Of a DNA stretch of 64,000 nucleotides, positions 27,730 to 40,873 are shown one piece after another. Both the position numbers and the translations under genes were made by a program. The DNA comes from Utricularia gibba (Eukaryota > Plantae > Magnoliophyta), in assembly GCA_002189035.1 (NCBI GenBank), contig NEEC01000026.1, positions 496,001 through 560,000 of the forward strand, given 5' to 3'. The notes under the pieces are model-generated. The model was given only the letters and a program-made list of their open reading frames with translations, was not told where the DNA came from and did not search any database. How positions within the stretch are numbered: position 1 is the first letter of the stretch; every line of letters starts with the position of its first letter.

Positions 27730-29830
27730 GGTAATGCTATTCCCTATAGAAAAGCACCTTTGGATGTTGTTAAACAAATAGAAAAATCACTAGATGCAGA
27801 AACTAGTGCTTTTATTAAGAAAAGACAGAGTGGTATTCGTCATTTTGTTGAAAGCATGGAGGATATTGATGTGCATTGTATGGGACATATGGAAGAGGAA
27901 AATGTTATGGCAAAAAGGAGTGGCATTAGCATGAGGGGTTCAACATCAACATCTACTATAAAACAAACAACTTTAACCAGATTTTGGTCCAGAAGAGAAG
28001 CGACAACTAGAGCTCAAATATTGGTTGCTAAATTTTTTTATGACACTTGTATTCCAATCAATGCGGTGAATTCTCCATATTTCAAACTGATGTTTGAAGC
28101 TGTGACTGCAATTATCATCAGCTTCGTGTTCAAATACTTAGGAATGTGAAGAAAGAGCTTGAATTGTGGATTGATGGAATTCGAAGTGCATGAAAAAAAA
28201 TAGGTTGTACTATCATGGTAGATGGTTGGACAGATACATAATATCGAACATTGATTAATTTCTTAATTTATTGTCCTCGAGGTACAATATTATATCGATC
28301 TATGGATGCTTCAGATATATATAAGACTAGCTCAACATTATTTTATCTTTTTAAAGAAGTTGTGGAATGGGTAGGATCCAAGAATGTTGTGCAAATCATC
28401 ACTAACAATGCAGCTAATTTTGTTAGCTCAATGAAATCTATTTTCCTTTTATTAGTTGGTCACCATGTGCAGCACACTATTTAAATCTTATATTGAAGGA
28501 TATTGGACAATTATCTTGTGTGAAAACCGAGGTTGGTAATGCATTAGTGTGTATTAGATTTATCTACGATCATGGTGCATGATTAGCTTGGTTGAGAAAA
28601 CAACAAGGTTAGAGAGAAATAGTAAGACATGGAGAAACTAGATTTGCGTTAGTATTTATTGCACTTAACAGTCTTTATAGGCGTCATGAGAATCTGGAGA
28701 TTACTTTTTTATTTATTTGATGTAAAGTAGTGTATTGAATTATTAAAATATTTTTTATTGAGTTTCAATATGCTTCATTATGCTTTTTCAAGCTCTTTGC
28801 TGTAATTGAGAATTCACATAGTCAAAAATAGGAAGAGACAAAAAAGGGAAGGAATTCAAGAAAATTGTGTTCAATACAAAATTCTAGAATGATATTTTGA
28901 TTATTATAATGATTATGGAGCCTTTGATTAGGCTTTTACAAATGGTTGATGGGGATCACAAGCCATCTTTAGGATATGTTTTTGATGGGATACGCCAATG
29001 CAAGAAGGCAATCAAGGCAACATTTATAGGAGAGATGAGGTTTTATGAACCATTTATTAGTTAAAATCCTCGATTTCAATATGATCCTTTGCATAAAAAT
29101 AAATAAGATAAGGTGCTTAGAGAGGTGATTGATGTTGTTACAAAAGGACAAGAGAGCAGGGGCGGACACAAGCGGGGGGGGGGGGGCATCGCCCTCTCCA
29201 GAAAAAAAAATTTTAGGTTAATTTTTTTAAAAATTTTGGAAATTTCAACTATTTTGATTGAGTTTCGCAAAAACAAAAGAAATAGATTAGAATAGACACG
29301 AAACTGGAGCGTATTTGATTGTATTCATACAAAAAAAGAAATAGATTAGAATATTAATGATTAAATGATCTTGTATATGTGCAGTATAACATGAAATTAA
29401 AAGACAGATACATTTCATATGATTTACATTTAATATATGTGTGATGATATTCGTCATTGATTTGTTATGAATTTCTAAGTTTCATTTGTGAATTTTTATG
29501 TGTAGTTGGGTTAACAATCACATAACATGTGATCCAATTGATGTTGAGCTATTGGAAATGATAGACATATTAGTTATTGAGGATCCAAGTGATGCATTTC
29601 TTGATTATGAAGAACTTGAATGCATGATTTATGAAGATTTAGAGGCTCCTGTATGTATTGATGGAGATGGTGAAGAGCAAATAGAAGGTATGATATAAGT
29701 ATTCGATATATATTTTTTAAATAAATCATAATATATATTATTATGTATGTGTTTGAATTGATAGGAGAAAATATTCACATGGATTTGGATTACACGTCAT
29801 TTGGACACATTGAGATATGCAATGATGATG
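27730..29830 (+). mobile_element. Decayed hAT transposase (DUF659 + hAT dimerisation type)
   Basis: VAKFFYDTCIPINAVNSPYF; CTIMVDGWTD...LINFLIYCPRGT...SMDAS; VVQIITNNAANF; WSPCAAH; MEPLIRLLQMVDGD.KPSLGY; KRNRLE...LNDLVYVQYNMKL. Many stops and frameshifts. Confidence 0.9.
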
Positions 29831-30900
29831 AAGACTTTGATGAAGCTTCTTAATTTAATTGTATCAAATATTTAAGAAAATATTTCTATGTTTTCAATAT
29901 TTTGAACCATTAAATCATGATTTTATTTTGATATTTTAGAAAATATAATTAAAAGCTAATGAATCCGATTCAACCCATTTGAAAAAGGGTTTGATCCAGA
30001 ATCATAATAAAATGGTTCAATGGGTCTAACTCAGTTTTTAAAACACTGGAAATAAGGTGAAATGTGGGGTAGATGGAAGCACAATTAAAATAAAACAAAG
30101 TATAAATTGCATGAATGGTTTTTAAATTATGGAAAGAGGAGTTATTTGTTATTTTACATAAAAAACCACTAAGCCCATTTTTTTCCAACATCTTATGATC
30201 TTTCTAAATAAATTATATTAATGATTAAATACTAACTACGTTTTGAACAATCAAATACTTTTATCAAAATCTAAATAAAATATACTTTTAGCAATTAAAT
30301 GTGGCGGCTGCAAGTAGCCGTGTCGAAGGAGAGCGGTGGTAGAGTAAGCTGCAGGGTCGGGCAGTGCTTCAACTGCTGGGAATTGCACGACAATGTGATG
30401 ATTGTGACTAATAAGGGCACACGGAGCTCGAAATGATATGTAATCCTGCCGTTTCATTTTCGACTCAGCAGCCTTCAGGATTTCCCTTTCAAAAGATTGT
30501 GTTGGCGATGGCCGTGGTTCTGTGACGTCCCCCACTCACTCTCGGTAATCTCATGGGGGATACATATTTCTTCTACACCCTGCAACATGTTCATGGTAAA
30601 ATCCTCTCGTTCCTTTCTTCAAAGATGGGAGAAACTGCACAGGCAACTGACGCGAATATCCTCCCCCTTCTTCTTTCATGTGTGAAACTCTTCTTTAGTC
30701 ATGCTATTCTAAAAAGTTGTTTACACGAAGGCATTTTGTGGAAGGTTGCCCCGGAAGTCAGCCACTTGAGATAGTAAATGTGGACTATTCTGAACTAGGT
30801 TGTAAGCATTCTGAGCTACAAGATCATTCATTCTCTCAGACTGCAACAAGCAAGCTACGACGTTCTGGGTAGGAAAAACCACACAAATAGCGCATTGAGC

Positions 30901-31899
30901 TTACTTCCTTTTTCTCCTATCAATCGCAGGATTTCTGGGATCGTTCTTCCCAAGAAGAGTTCCTGGGTTGACTCCAAACTGCATTGATAATGGTGCTTGG
31001 GCAGCAACTGGAGAAGGAAGTGGAGGAGGAGGAGGTAAAACAGCATCAGCAGCTGTAGATGTCAGTGATGGAGGTGCCACGGAAGACGGTGCTACATTAT
31101 CTGATCCAGGAGGTGGTTTTGGCAATATGTGCTTCAACCTGTTATTTCTGTAGTTTTTCCAGAAGTAAAACTGTTGCCTGTGTGCCAACTCCTACAGCAA
31201 GAGACAATGAGTAGCACCACATCCCAGCATGGAATTTAACAAACAGAATATTGTAAATCGTGAATTTAAGACCTTGTTTGCCGGATGGGCCATAGCACTA
31301 CGGAAGTTTGGATTTTGAAGAAGCTCAAGAAAGAACAGGCAATGGGGTACCTAGAAGCATAGGGCACCATAAGAAAATACAAACTTTGAAATGTATAAAC
31401 ATGGCAAGCTCCAAAGATTCACACAGAACAAGGCGCATGATCCAGAAAATTGCAAGGCATGTAAGCCCGAAACAGCGGAATGAAATAGAATTGCAATAAC
31501 ACCTCTCACATTATAAACTTTATATACTCAGGCCTTTGCCAATACTGGAGATATCTGAGGTACCCAATGAACGCCTCGTCTTCAAGGTACCGATTCTGAG
31601 CCAAATCTAAAGCGACAAGATTTAAAATAAAAAAAAGCGCCATATATGATACAAGAGAAACGCAAAATTGGTGCGTACAATGTATATACGTAGGATTCGC
31701 AAGGCACTGAACAAACTCGAGCTCCAACAAGAACCGTTGGCGGCCATCGTCAGGATCCTTATACACACATCTGCTTCTGAAATTTCATCAAAGTTAATCG
31801 TAGGAAGTTGAGTAATCAATCCAACTACATCAGAGAAGCATACAAGGAGGGAGGAGCAGCTTCTTTCACGGGAGTATCTTGAACCCGATCGAAATCCAT
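30901..31899 (-). CDS. MED31: Mediator subunit 31 (SOH1); frameshifted in exon 4 as written
   Basis: Exons 31899-31844, 31776-31679, 31606-31510, 31350-31273 and 31191-30905/30901. Motifs YKDPDDGRQRFLLELEFVQCLANPTYIH, YLAQNRYLEDEAFIGYLRYLQYWQRPEYIKFIM and ELAHRQQFYFWKNYRNNRLKHILP. Exon 4 is 78 nt where 79 are needed for YPHC...ANK. The terminal exon is uncertain. Confidence 0.9.
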
Positions 31900-32199
31900 A
31901 TACTCCTCCCTAGGTTACAGATGACAAACTGAAACCTCCCCCAAACTTCGACTTCGGCTTCGGCTTCATGGGCCGCCGTCCATACCACCCCATGCTTATT
32001 GAGCCAACCTTCTAAATGGGCTTCAAAATGAATAATCCGGCCCATGAATTTATAATAATAATAATGGTTGTTTTGATAATTTAAAACAGTATATATAATT
32101 TCGACCAACATAATTTTCATTAATAATATTTTTGACTATAGTGCACTATTATAGTTTATAGAATTAATTTTTAAACTAATAATTATAAATCTTTATGAT

Positions 32200-32300
32200 G
32201 GGGTATAAATCAGTTGAAGATAATCGATTTCTGAAACGTTGCTGAAAGGAGTTCTGAGGAGCTAACGCCAGCCGACAGACCGATATGTGTCAGAGATCTA
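32200..32300 (+). mobile_element. Tat LTR fragment
   Basis: GTTCTGAGGAGCTAACGCCAGCCGACAGACCGATATGTGTCAGA resembles ~1095-1140 of the Tat solo LTR. Confidence 0.6.
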
Positions 32301-32485
32301 TTGCTGATTCATTATAATATAAGGGGATGATAATTAACACATTAGATGACACTTACTAAGAATCGGGATAAGTAGGAAGATTCTATTGCTTCTATTGTAA
32401 AAATTTATGAATATAGTATAACATGTATATATCGTATTTTGTGCAACCTTTTTGTATACGTAACATTGGTCACAATATGGGCATC

Positions 32486-33837
32486 TGATGCGTGTAGTTT
32501 CCACAATAAATTTTAATATTTTTAAAACTCGTAAAACACAAAAGCGTAGTATGGGTGTCGAACACAGGGAGTTGTTTTTCAATAAAAAGTGAGGTACACC
32601 GAATACAACTGTCACGATTTGTAGACGATTTTGGAAGTAAAAGGTGTGAGAAATGTAGATGATGAAACTCGAGTAAGAGGACAAGAGGGTTTTAAACAAA
32701 CAACAGAAACAAACATAAGCGATAAACCTTAAAAAAAGTGAATATTCTTGGGTTTGGAATCCTGCCCAACTACATTTGTTGTGTCTTCACTCTTCTCTGG
32801 TTTTCTCGAGTACTCGGTTATAGGAGTAAGGAATTGTTTATCCTCCCTTACACTCTCTTGCAAGAAGGCATGAGAATAGCTCGATGTTGCTCCTCCTTGG
32901 ACGAATGTGAAAATAAGAGGTCCTACTAGCATACCCTCACGATTGAATTGCGTGCGTGTGCCCAAGTGTGGCCAATGACCAATTGAGTTTAGATACAAGG
33001 TCACTATCTGTCTATTGATCATGAGGTACGGCCACAGACAAAACGTTGTCTTCCTCTTGTCAAGGGGGCCTGAGTTGGTGCTTTCGACCTTGCTCATCTT
33101 CAAAACTCCCGAGTATTAATCAGCTAACAATGAATCTTGAATAAGGGGACTATTACAAAAAGACTGTAACATAGATGCATGAAGACATACGGAACCCATT
33201 TAGATTCAAAGAAGATATGAAGATAAGCTAACGAAACATCGATCTGGGAGTATCCCAACCCAAAACAGAAGTTATTAACCGTGAACTGCCATACAAACTA
33301 AAGAAAACGAAAACAGATTTTAGAGAGAAGCTAGAGGAAAATCCTCTATAGAGAGAAACAAAAGTCTAGACTAAATTGAAAGTTAATTGTTCAATGTCTG
33401 AACAGAACTTAACTTCAATGAGAGCCTGAGTTTTTATGTCCTTATGGTTCTACTGGACTTGGGGTGACTTGCAAGGAAGCTTCCGTTCTGACACTGGTAT
33501 GCTAATGATTTCGCCTGTAAAAAACTCTTGTGTCCCTCATGTCAACGCTCATGATTAGGCGTCTACAATCTTTCGAAAATCAAGAGGATGTCAGCTCGAG
33601 AAGATCTAATTTCTCGCCATCTACTGCCCTCTTTTTCTCACTTCCTGCCACGTGTGTGTCTCTGGAAAAACTTAATTAAAAGTAGCAAGAATATTAGATA
33701 AAAATACAAGATTTAGGATAATTAACTTAAACTAGATAAAAACCTAAATCTCATATTATAGACTCCTAATTAGACAATTTTAATTACATCTGGACATAAA
33801 AACAACATAAAAGAAAGTGAGAAAATGACACTTAACA
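32486..33837 (-). mobile_element. Solo LTR (family B)
   Basis: Minus strand TGTTAAGTGTCATTTTC...ACACGCATCA. TSD GCATC/ACATC (4/5 match). Homologous to 35419-36728 and 54970-56288. Confidence 0.9.
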
Positions 33838-34087
33838 ACATCTCGAATGCATCCAAACCTACATCAGATCCATTGTGAACTAAAGAAATTGCTTCTATCA
33901 TTCTATGATAATAGATAAACTATTAAATAGATACAGAAGAACATAAGAATCACTCAACTATACACAAAATTCATATACTCGATCATATCTTCAACACTAT
34001 CATCTCTTAACTAACCATAAAATTCTAATGTGGGACATTGCATTTGTCATTTTTATTATATTTTTTAACTATGGATATAGATGTTTT

Positions 34088-34260
34088 TGTTAAGTGTCAT
34101 TTTTTTATATATTTATCATGTAATTTTATGTGTTAATTTAGGATTGAGTTACCCAATTAGGGCTGATATTAAGAATTATTATATTTTTGTTAAAAAAATT
34201 ATTATATATTTTGCTATTGTGTTTTTGTATATTGTCATCCAAAAATTACAAGAAACAACA
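34088..34260 (+). mobile_element. Truncated 5' end of a family B LTR
   Basis: TGTTAAGTGTCATTTTTT start resembles 35419 and 54970. Confidence 0.55.
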
Positions 34261-34605
34261 TTGGAGTGTGACCAGAGACTTCCAATTGAAAAGACTATCA
34301 TTTTGTAAATTGTGTGCAACCTAGATCCATGATAGGTAGAATACAGACAATGCCCATTGTACATGCCTTATGAAATGCTTCAGGTTGCTGTGATGCTTAG
34401 GAAAATTAATTACATGAGTGGAAAAGCAAAATACGCAATGGAAATAGAAAGAATGAAAGAAAAGGAGCAAAGACTGAAATGCATTTTGGAATGTGAAAAA
34501 CTCACATTTGAACATTGTTCCTACTTTTTTTCTTCCACTCCACCATAGGGGCGAAGAAAACTTTTTATTTCCATTTTCATTTTTGTTTAGATAGTCATTC
34601 ATGGC

Positions 34606-35135
34606 TGATGGGGTACAAGTCGGTTGAGGATGATCGGCTTCCAAAGGGGTGCCGAAAGAAGTCTTGATGGGATAACTCCTGCCGGCAGATCGATATATGT
34701 TAGAGAGTTGATAGCGGCGGTATGGCGTAGTCTGAAAAGTAGTCGAGCAGGCGACGATCGCCTGTAAAGTAGGATCGAAGTACAAACATAGAAAGGCAGC
34801 CGACACTTGCAGAACTCATGATCCGCTCAGATCGACCCCCCTCTATAAACAGAGGAAATCATAACGGAAGGGGGGAGAGACCCCAAAGCCTCCCAACAGC
34901 TTGTATCATTTTCTTGATCACCTCCGTCTAGTAGAAATCCTTTCCGGCGAGCTCCGACAGCTCCGTGGTTTTCTCTGTCTTCCGGCGGTTTCCACGTAAA
35001 AATCTCAACCCACCACCTTTTCCGTTGATTAAACGGAACGTAATCATGAAAAATATAATTAGGTGCGGAATTTCCCGGCTGTACCTTTTACCCAAAAATC
35101 GATCCCACCCCGAACACCGATTTTCACCCCTAACA
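34606..35135 (+). mobile_element. Solo LTR, Tat family
   Basis: TGATGGGGTAC...CCCCTAACA, colinear with 1041-1553. Flanks ATGGC/ATGCT are only a weak TSD (3/5 match). Confidence 0.85.
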
Positions 35136-35418
35136 ATGCTAGACTTTTTTTAGTTTTCAGGAGGTAATGAAATTTTTATCAATGTCTTGAGCATAAATTC
35201 TCTCTTATTCATTGATTTTTTTTTTCTCAATTTTTCATACTTTCACAATGTTATAGTCTTTCTATAATGCTTGTTAGTCATGATCTATGAACAGCCAGTC
35301 ACTACTCGCAAATTTTGATATAGAGCAAGGTGAATAGTACCATCTACAACCTTATTGGTTTAAGAAAAATAGCAAATTGTCTATGACTGAGATATTTCAT
35401 TAATAGATTGATAGTGAC

Positions 35419-36728
35419 TATTAAGTGTCATTTTTAGTTTATTATTACATATTATTATGTGTTAATCGAGTGTTAAGTCGCCCAGTTAGGAATTATATTG
35501 ATAAGTAATTGATGTTTCTAGAAAAATCTTATTTTTCTATTTTTTATATATTTTCTTTGTCTTTTTCGTACACTTTGACCGAGATATATCAAGAGGTAGT
35601 CATGGAGTGTTGTAGGAGTATTGTAGAAGGTCAGACTCTGACTTTTCGTACCTTGCACGTGACATGGAATAATTGTGAGCGAAAGACTAACACTGGTCAA
35701 GGCTCCTAACTTACGGCATGTCAGAGTTTTCAGCAATGATTGGGTGTTAACTTGCACGCAAAGAAAAGCTACAGGTGCACGCAAGACAAAAGAAATTATG
35801 GGAAAAGGACCAAAAGAAGTTAATGCACGTGGGGAGTGATATAAAATCAACTTAGAACACTTATTTTTGGACTTTTCGATCTTATTTCGCACTTGTCTTT
35901 GTACTTAGAACTTTTGAGTTCTTGTTCCCCTCCAAGGAGGAAGAACACTTAGTTTTCAATTTCGTTTCTATTTTCATGGCCCTTTGTGGCTAAAACCCTT
36001 TAGTTTTTTAGTAGATGAAGTTTCCTTCCAAGTCCTAATCAATACACTTGGCTCTTCGCTGAATTCATTTTGGATTTTGCATATTTCCACGCATCTTGTT
36101 GCAGTCTTTCTGTAACGACTCCTAGTCATGGTCCATGAGTAGCGGACCACTCCTCACGGATTTTGGTGAAGATCAAGGTGAAGAGCATCAAATCCAACCC
36201 TACCGGTTCGAGGGAAGTAGCGGATTGTTTGTGGCCGAGGTACCCCGACAGTGGACGAGTAGTGACCTCGTGGTTGCCACTAGTCATTGGCAATAGTTAG
36301 GCACACATGTGCAATTCGGTTTTGAAGGTAATTGATGGCAATTCTCTTGTCTTCTTAATCGTCCAAGGGGAAATCACATGAGACTATTCCTACTTGCCAA
36401 TCAGAGTGTAAGGGAGAGTAGGCTATTCCTTGCTCCTATAACCAGCTATTTGGAAGAAATCAGTGAAAACCGAGGCAAGGATGGACAAAGGAAGGAGATG
36501 GAATCTCATTCCCAGAAACAGTGTCTCGTAGTCAAGACCCATCATTTAGGTTGTAACTTTTATTTTTGCATCTCAAAAACACCCTTTTGCAAAACTGTGA
36601 CATTTTGTAAAAGTTTTCTACAAAACACTTTTCACGAAAACAACTCCCTGAGATCAATACTCGTACTATGCTCTTTTGTGTTTTACGTTTTATATATTTA
36701 AAATTTGTTGAAGAAACAACACGCAACA
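35419..36728 (+). mobile_element. Solo LTR (family B)
   Basis: TATTAAGTGTCATT (TG mutated)...ACACGCAACA. TSD GTGAC/GTAAC (4/5 match). Confidence 0.8.
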
Positions 36729-36949
36729 GTAACCTCGTACCAAGGCAATGACACATTGTTTTCAATGTTTTAAAATTAGAAAGCACGTGATATTATGTTA
36801 TGAAATTAAGTATTTTATTCTAGATTAAAACTAAATTATGGATTTAGTCTCAATCTTAATTTAATCCCTTTCCTTAGTAATACAACATGTTTTCAAGAAG
36901 TCAAATGGCGAGGAGCCAAAAGTCAATTGTCCAGGAGTAGAATGATCAA

Positions 36950-37637
36950 GAAAAAAGGTAGGTCATGGGTTGAACTCACTAGGTCAAAAATGAATTGTCT
37001 GACTTGATGGGTATGGGTTGACGGGTTGGACAGGCTGACCCATCTTGGGTCATGGGTTGACACAGGTTGGCAGTTTTGAAGTTGTTGATGTTTAGGCATC
37101 GCAATGACATGCTTGTGGTGCCTAGAAGACATTGAAGCCTTTTGATGTCCACGCACCGCAATGGCATGTTTATAATGTCTGAAGGACATTGAAGTCTCTT
37201 GATGTACAGACACTACAATGGCATGTTTATGGTGCTTGGAGGACATTGAAGCCTTCTGATGTCCAAGCACTGCAATGTCATGTTTGTAGTATTTGAAGTA
37301 CATTGAAACCTCTTGATGTACTAGCACCGAAATATCATGTTAGTGATGCATGGAGGACATTGAGGACTTTTGATGTCCAGGTACCACAATGGCATGTTTG
37401 TGGTGCCTGGAGGGTATTCATATACATTAAAGAGATTAAAACCCAACGGTTGAACAGCCCAACTCTTCTTGATAGACCATATTATAGGCCCATTTTGGCT
37501 GACCCACCAGGTCGACCTGTACCCATGCACCTTTGACCCGTCTTGTACCTGTTTTGGATGGTTATGGGTAATGAGTCGGACCCGTCACAGGTCAACCCGA
37601 TGGATATCCAAATCAACCTGTATTTGTGCCCAGCTTT
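36950..37637. mobile_element. Non-autonomous hAT-like element carrying an internal minisatellite
   Basis: Both arms are rich in GGGTT/TGACCC/ACCCG subterminal-like motifs. The right end reads TAAAGCTGGGCACAAA on the minus strand (hAT-like TIR); the left TIR is not recognisable. Confidence 0.5.
37071..37415. repeat. 57-bp tandem repeat, about 6 copies
   Basis: The (G/T)ACATTGA anchor recurs at 37128, 37185, 37242, 37299 and 37356 (period exactly 57). Confidence 0.95.
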
Positions 37638-38169
37638 ACCAAAAATGAAGAATGGATAAATACCAAATCTTGAGTGACACAATGGAGAGATTTAGAGTTT
37701 TGTAAAGCAAGCAAGGAGAGGAGAATCACCGAAAAATAACAAACGAGACAAACTCAAGAACTCAATTTATTTTCAAAGATTTTCTCTTTATCAAGAACAT
37801 TAATCTTTGTTAGGAGTAGATTGCAAGATCAATTTAACTTTTCATTTTAAAACTATTTACATGACTGCTATTGGAAACATGTTGTTGATGTTATATCACG
37901 AAATCATGTTACTTCTTCGTACTATGAATAGCTAAGTCCCATGTGGTGCCTTGGAGTTGAATGGAACGCGTATGCTCATTGTTCATTAGATTATACCAAT
38001 CGTATAATCACTCTAATTCCACAGCAATCTACATCACATTCACAAAGAAAATAATGTTGTAGTGGCAAGTTCATAACTGTAATGACACATAATTTTGAGT
38101 GCTTCAGAATAGGGAAGTGATTAGTATTATGCTATAAAACTTGGAATTTTATTGTATAATTCTACGTTT

Positions 38170-39300
38170 TTGTGATTAGCGACAATATTTGCATTTTTTA
38201 CTCTTCGTTGACGATTTAGTCCCAATCTTAGTTCTAATTGTTTCCTAAAGCAATGCAGCATATGTTAGCAACCCAAATTCAAAGGAGCCGAAGGAGAACA
38301 GTGAAGTTGCAAAAGATATGGACAAAAGCTGAATGAAGTACAACCAAATCCCAAGGAGAAGAAAAAAATAGAGGATTTTTGGAATGATGAGAAGGAGAAA
38401 ATATCTCCCAATGGGAGATCACACCACAGACTTTTAAGGAGGAGATCTGGAAAAAGACTTATGGGAAGAACGAGAAAGACAACCGAGGAACGAAGCTTAC
38501 ATTTGAAGATTGCCTTTTGTTTTTCAAGAACATTACTCCCGGCCAGGAATAGCTTGCGACATTTTTAACTTTCTGCTGGAATTTTTAACGTCCAGTTCTT
38601 GTTTGTTTTATGGTTATCAAACTGTAACATGGATACAATGTGGATGATGTTTTATGCTCTAGTTTTATTTACCTTCAACATGAGTGACTAAATACACGTA
38701 ATGGCTTGAGTTAGAAGGAGGTGTACATGATTATTACTTGTTAGATTAAAATAGTTTGATAATCAGACCATGTTCGTATCAAACTAGGATAGACCGAGGA
38801 AGGGAAGTAATTATGTTCATCATAAACAATCTCACTAGAGGTAGATCAAAAGTTAGAAAAATCAATAGTTTAGTTAGACTTGAATCTATGTATTGTTAGA
38901 TGAATGATTATCAAGCTAGGTGGTTAAGTGAAATAATAATCATGTCACTTCTAGAAGCCTCATGGTATTGCGTTACCCTAATCTTTTTAGTAGTCAAATC
39001 ACCTGTTATTTCTAACTACACTTCATCCTAAACCTGCCTTACATAATTTCCAACCATGATAAGAAAACAACATGCACCAACTTTCACACAACAAGCACAT
39101 TACTCCTTGTGTTCTATTGTGATCCACTATGCTTATAAATGTATTTGATATTGAATTTTCAATTTTAAATGACATTGTAAATTTTTTGTTTATTATTGAT
39201 CCATAGGGAGCAAATCGGTTTTGAGTTGTAAACACTGATAAAATCCTCTACTCAATCTATATACTATAAAAATTATGATAAGATTATAATGTGAGATTTT
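38170..39300 (+). mobile_element. Degraded LTR-like segment
   Basis: LTR-type motifs (ATGAGTGACTAAA; purine-rich R-like block). Boundaries and TSD not resolved. Confidence 0.35.
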
Positions 39301-39399
39301 TCAAGAAATTTTGTTCAAGTTAAAAATTCTCTGGCCAAAGTATTTGTGAAATGAGGATATTACAAATGCAGATAAGCTAACACGCGTTGAGTTCCACAA

Positions 39400-40080
39400 A
39401 TTGTTTAGACAATGGTTCTTACGATTGATCTAATGGGATTATTAGAAGCAATATATGAGTGTTGAATAGAAAATTGATGCACTAGACGACTCATCTTTGA
39501 GATGCCACGATGGGATGCTAACCAAGTGTTAGTACCAACACCTTGAATATGATAGTTGTGCAAATAAAATTAGACTTGAAGTCAGCAAAGTTATCTTAAT
39601 CTTAAGCTCACATTTTTGCTCATTACTAATGAGAGTCTAATCATAGCTTGCCTAGTATGGATTGGAGATAGTTGATTGATCAATAAAGAATTCATTACTT
39701 ATGTTAGCTATAATATCTTATCTCAAATAATTGCATCAAGCCTAATAGTAAGTAATTGGCCCAAGTTAATAACACTCAAAGAATTTAAGTAGGTCATTGA
39801 ATATTAGTGCTGAAATGCAATTATAAGTTTGATATAGCAGAAAGACACATGCCCATGTTTTGGTATCGAATGAGATATAAATATGATAAAAGTTATTCAT
39901 TGCATGGTGGGTGGTCATAAAAAGACTCAATTAGTTCACCTGATTATTCTTACATCTTGGGGATCATGATGTGTTACTAGACATCACTTATGATCGATAA
40001 TAATGGATTGAATTAATTATGAGTTAATTAATAAATTCATTATTACGGCCTTGATTGAAGAAGACTATAGGATCATACAT
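39400..40080 (+). mobile_element. Degraded Copia (Angela-like) LTR fragment
   Basis: Motifs such as GGGGATCATGATGTGTTACTAGACATCAC resemble Angela LTRs; recognition by eye only. Confidence 0.3.
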
Positions 40081-40229
40081 GATAGTCAATTAGTTCCCAA
40101 ACTCTTCTACAAATGAAGAATTCAAGTTTATCTTGACTATTCTCTAATTTTTTTGTCTACCTCCAATTAGATTTGTTTATGATGAATATCATTATTTTCC
40201 CATCTTGGATCTATTATGGTTTGTAGAAA

Positions 40230-40873
40230 AATAGTATGAGTACTAAGCTAATGTAGTCTAATAAGGAATAACCATGCACACTCCCTTCTACCTCAAGGCA
40301 TTACATGTGTTTAGTCACTCATGCTTAAGTAAAATGAAACACGTTCATAATATACCAACCAAAACATGTTCATGTCACAGTGCAACTATAAGGAAAGAAA
40401 CATAAACAAAAACAGAAATCGTACATAGTTCTCACAGAAAGTTAAAACCACTCCCAACTAGGAAAAATGTTCCTAATAATAAAAGGAATGTTTAGAGGTA
40501 AGTTTGGATCCTGGTTTTTTCTTCTTTATTTTTCATGGTTTTTCTACAATTTCCTACTAAATCTCCTCCCCCTTCATTATGCGAAAAATCTTTTTTTTTA
40601 ATCTTTTTGGAATTTAGTGTTTCTCCTTTTGTCCCCTTTTCATGTTGCCTCCATTGTACACTTTTCAGCTAATAAGGATTGGCATTGCTGACATATGCTG
40701 CACTGTTTAAGATAATGATTAGAACTAAGATTGGATTTCGTCCCAATTAAGAATAAAAGATGCAAGCAATGGTGCTAGTCACAAAAATGCATAAATATAC
40801 AATAAAATCTGAGTTTTGTAGAAAAATATTAATCATTTTTCTATCCTTAAACACTCAAAAATATGTGTTATCA
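40230..40873 (-). mobile_element. Truncated family D LTR
   Basis: Ends CACTCAAAAATATGTGTTATCA, identical to ~52948-52969. Confidence 0.7.

Noticed and set aside
30251-30535. 94-aa minus-strand ORF as the MED31 terminal exon or a separate gene
   Set aside because: Plant MED31 proteins end within a few residues of RRKRK, and the peptide shows no recognisable homology; likely 3' UTR or intergenic.
37071-37415. Regular repeat as a CRISPR array
   Set aside because: Eukaryotic context, contiguous diverging units without unique spacers, and no cas genes.
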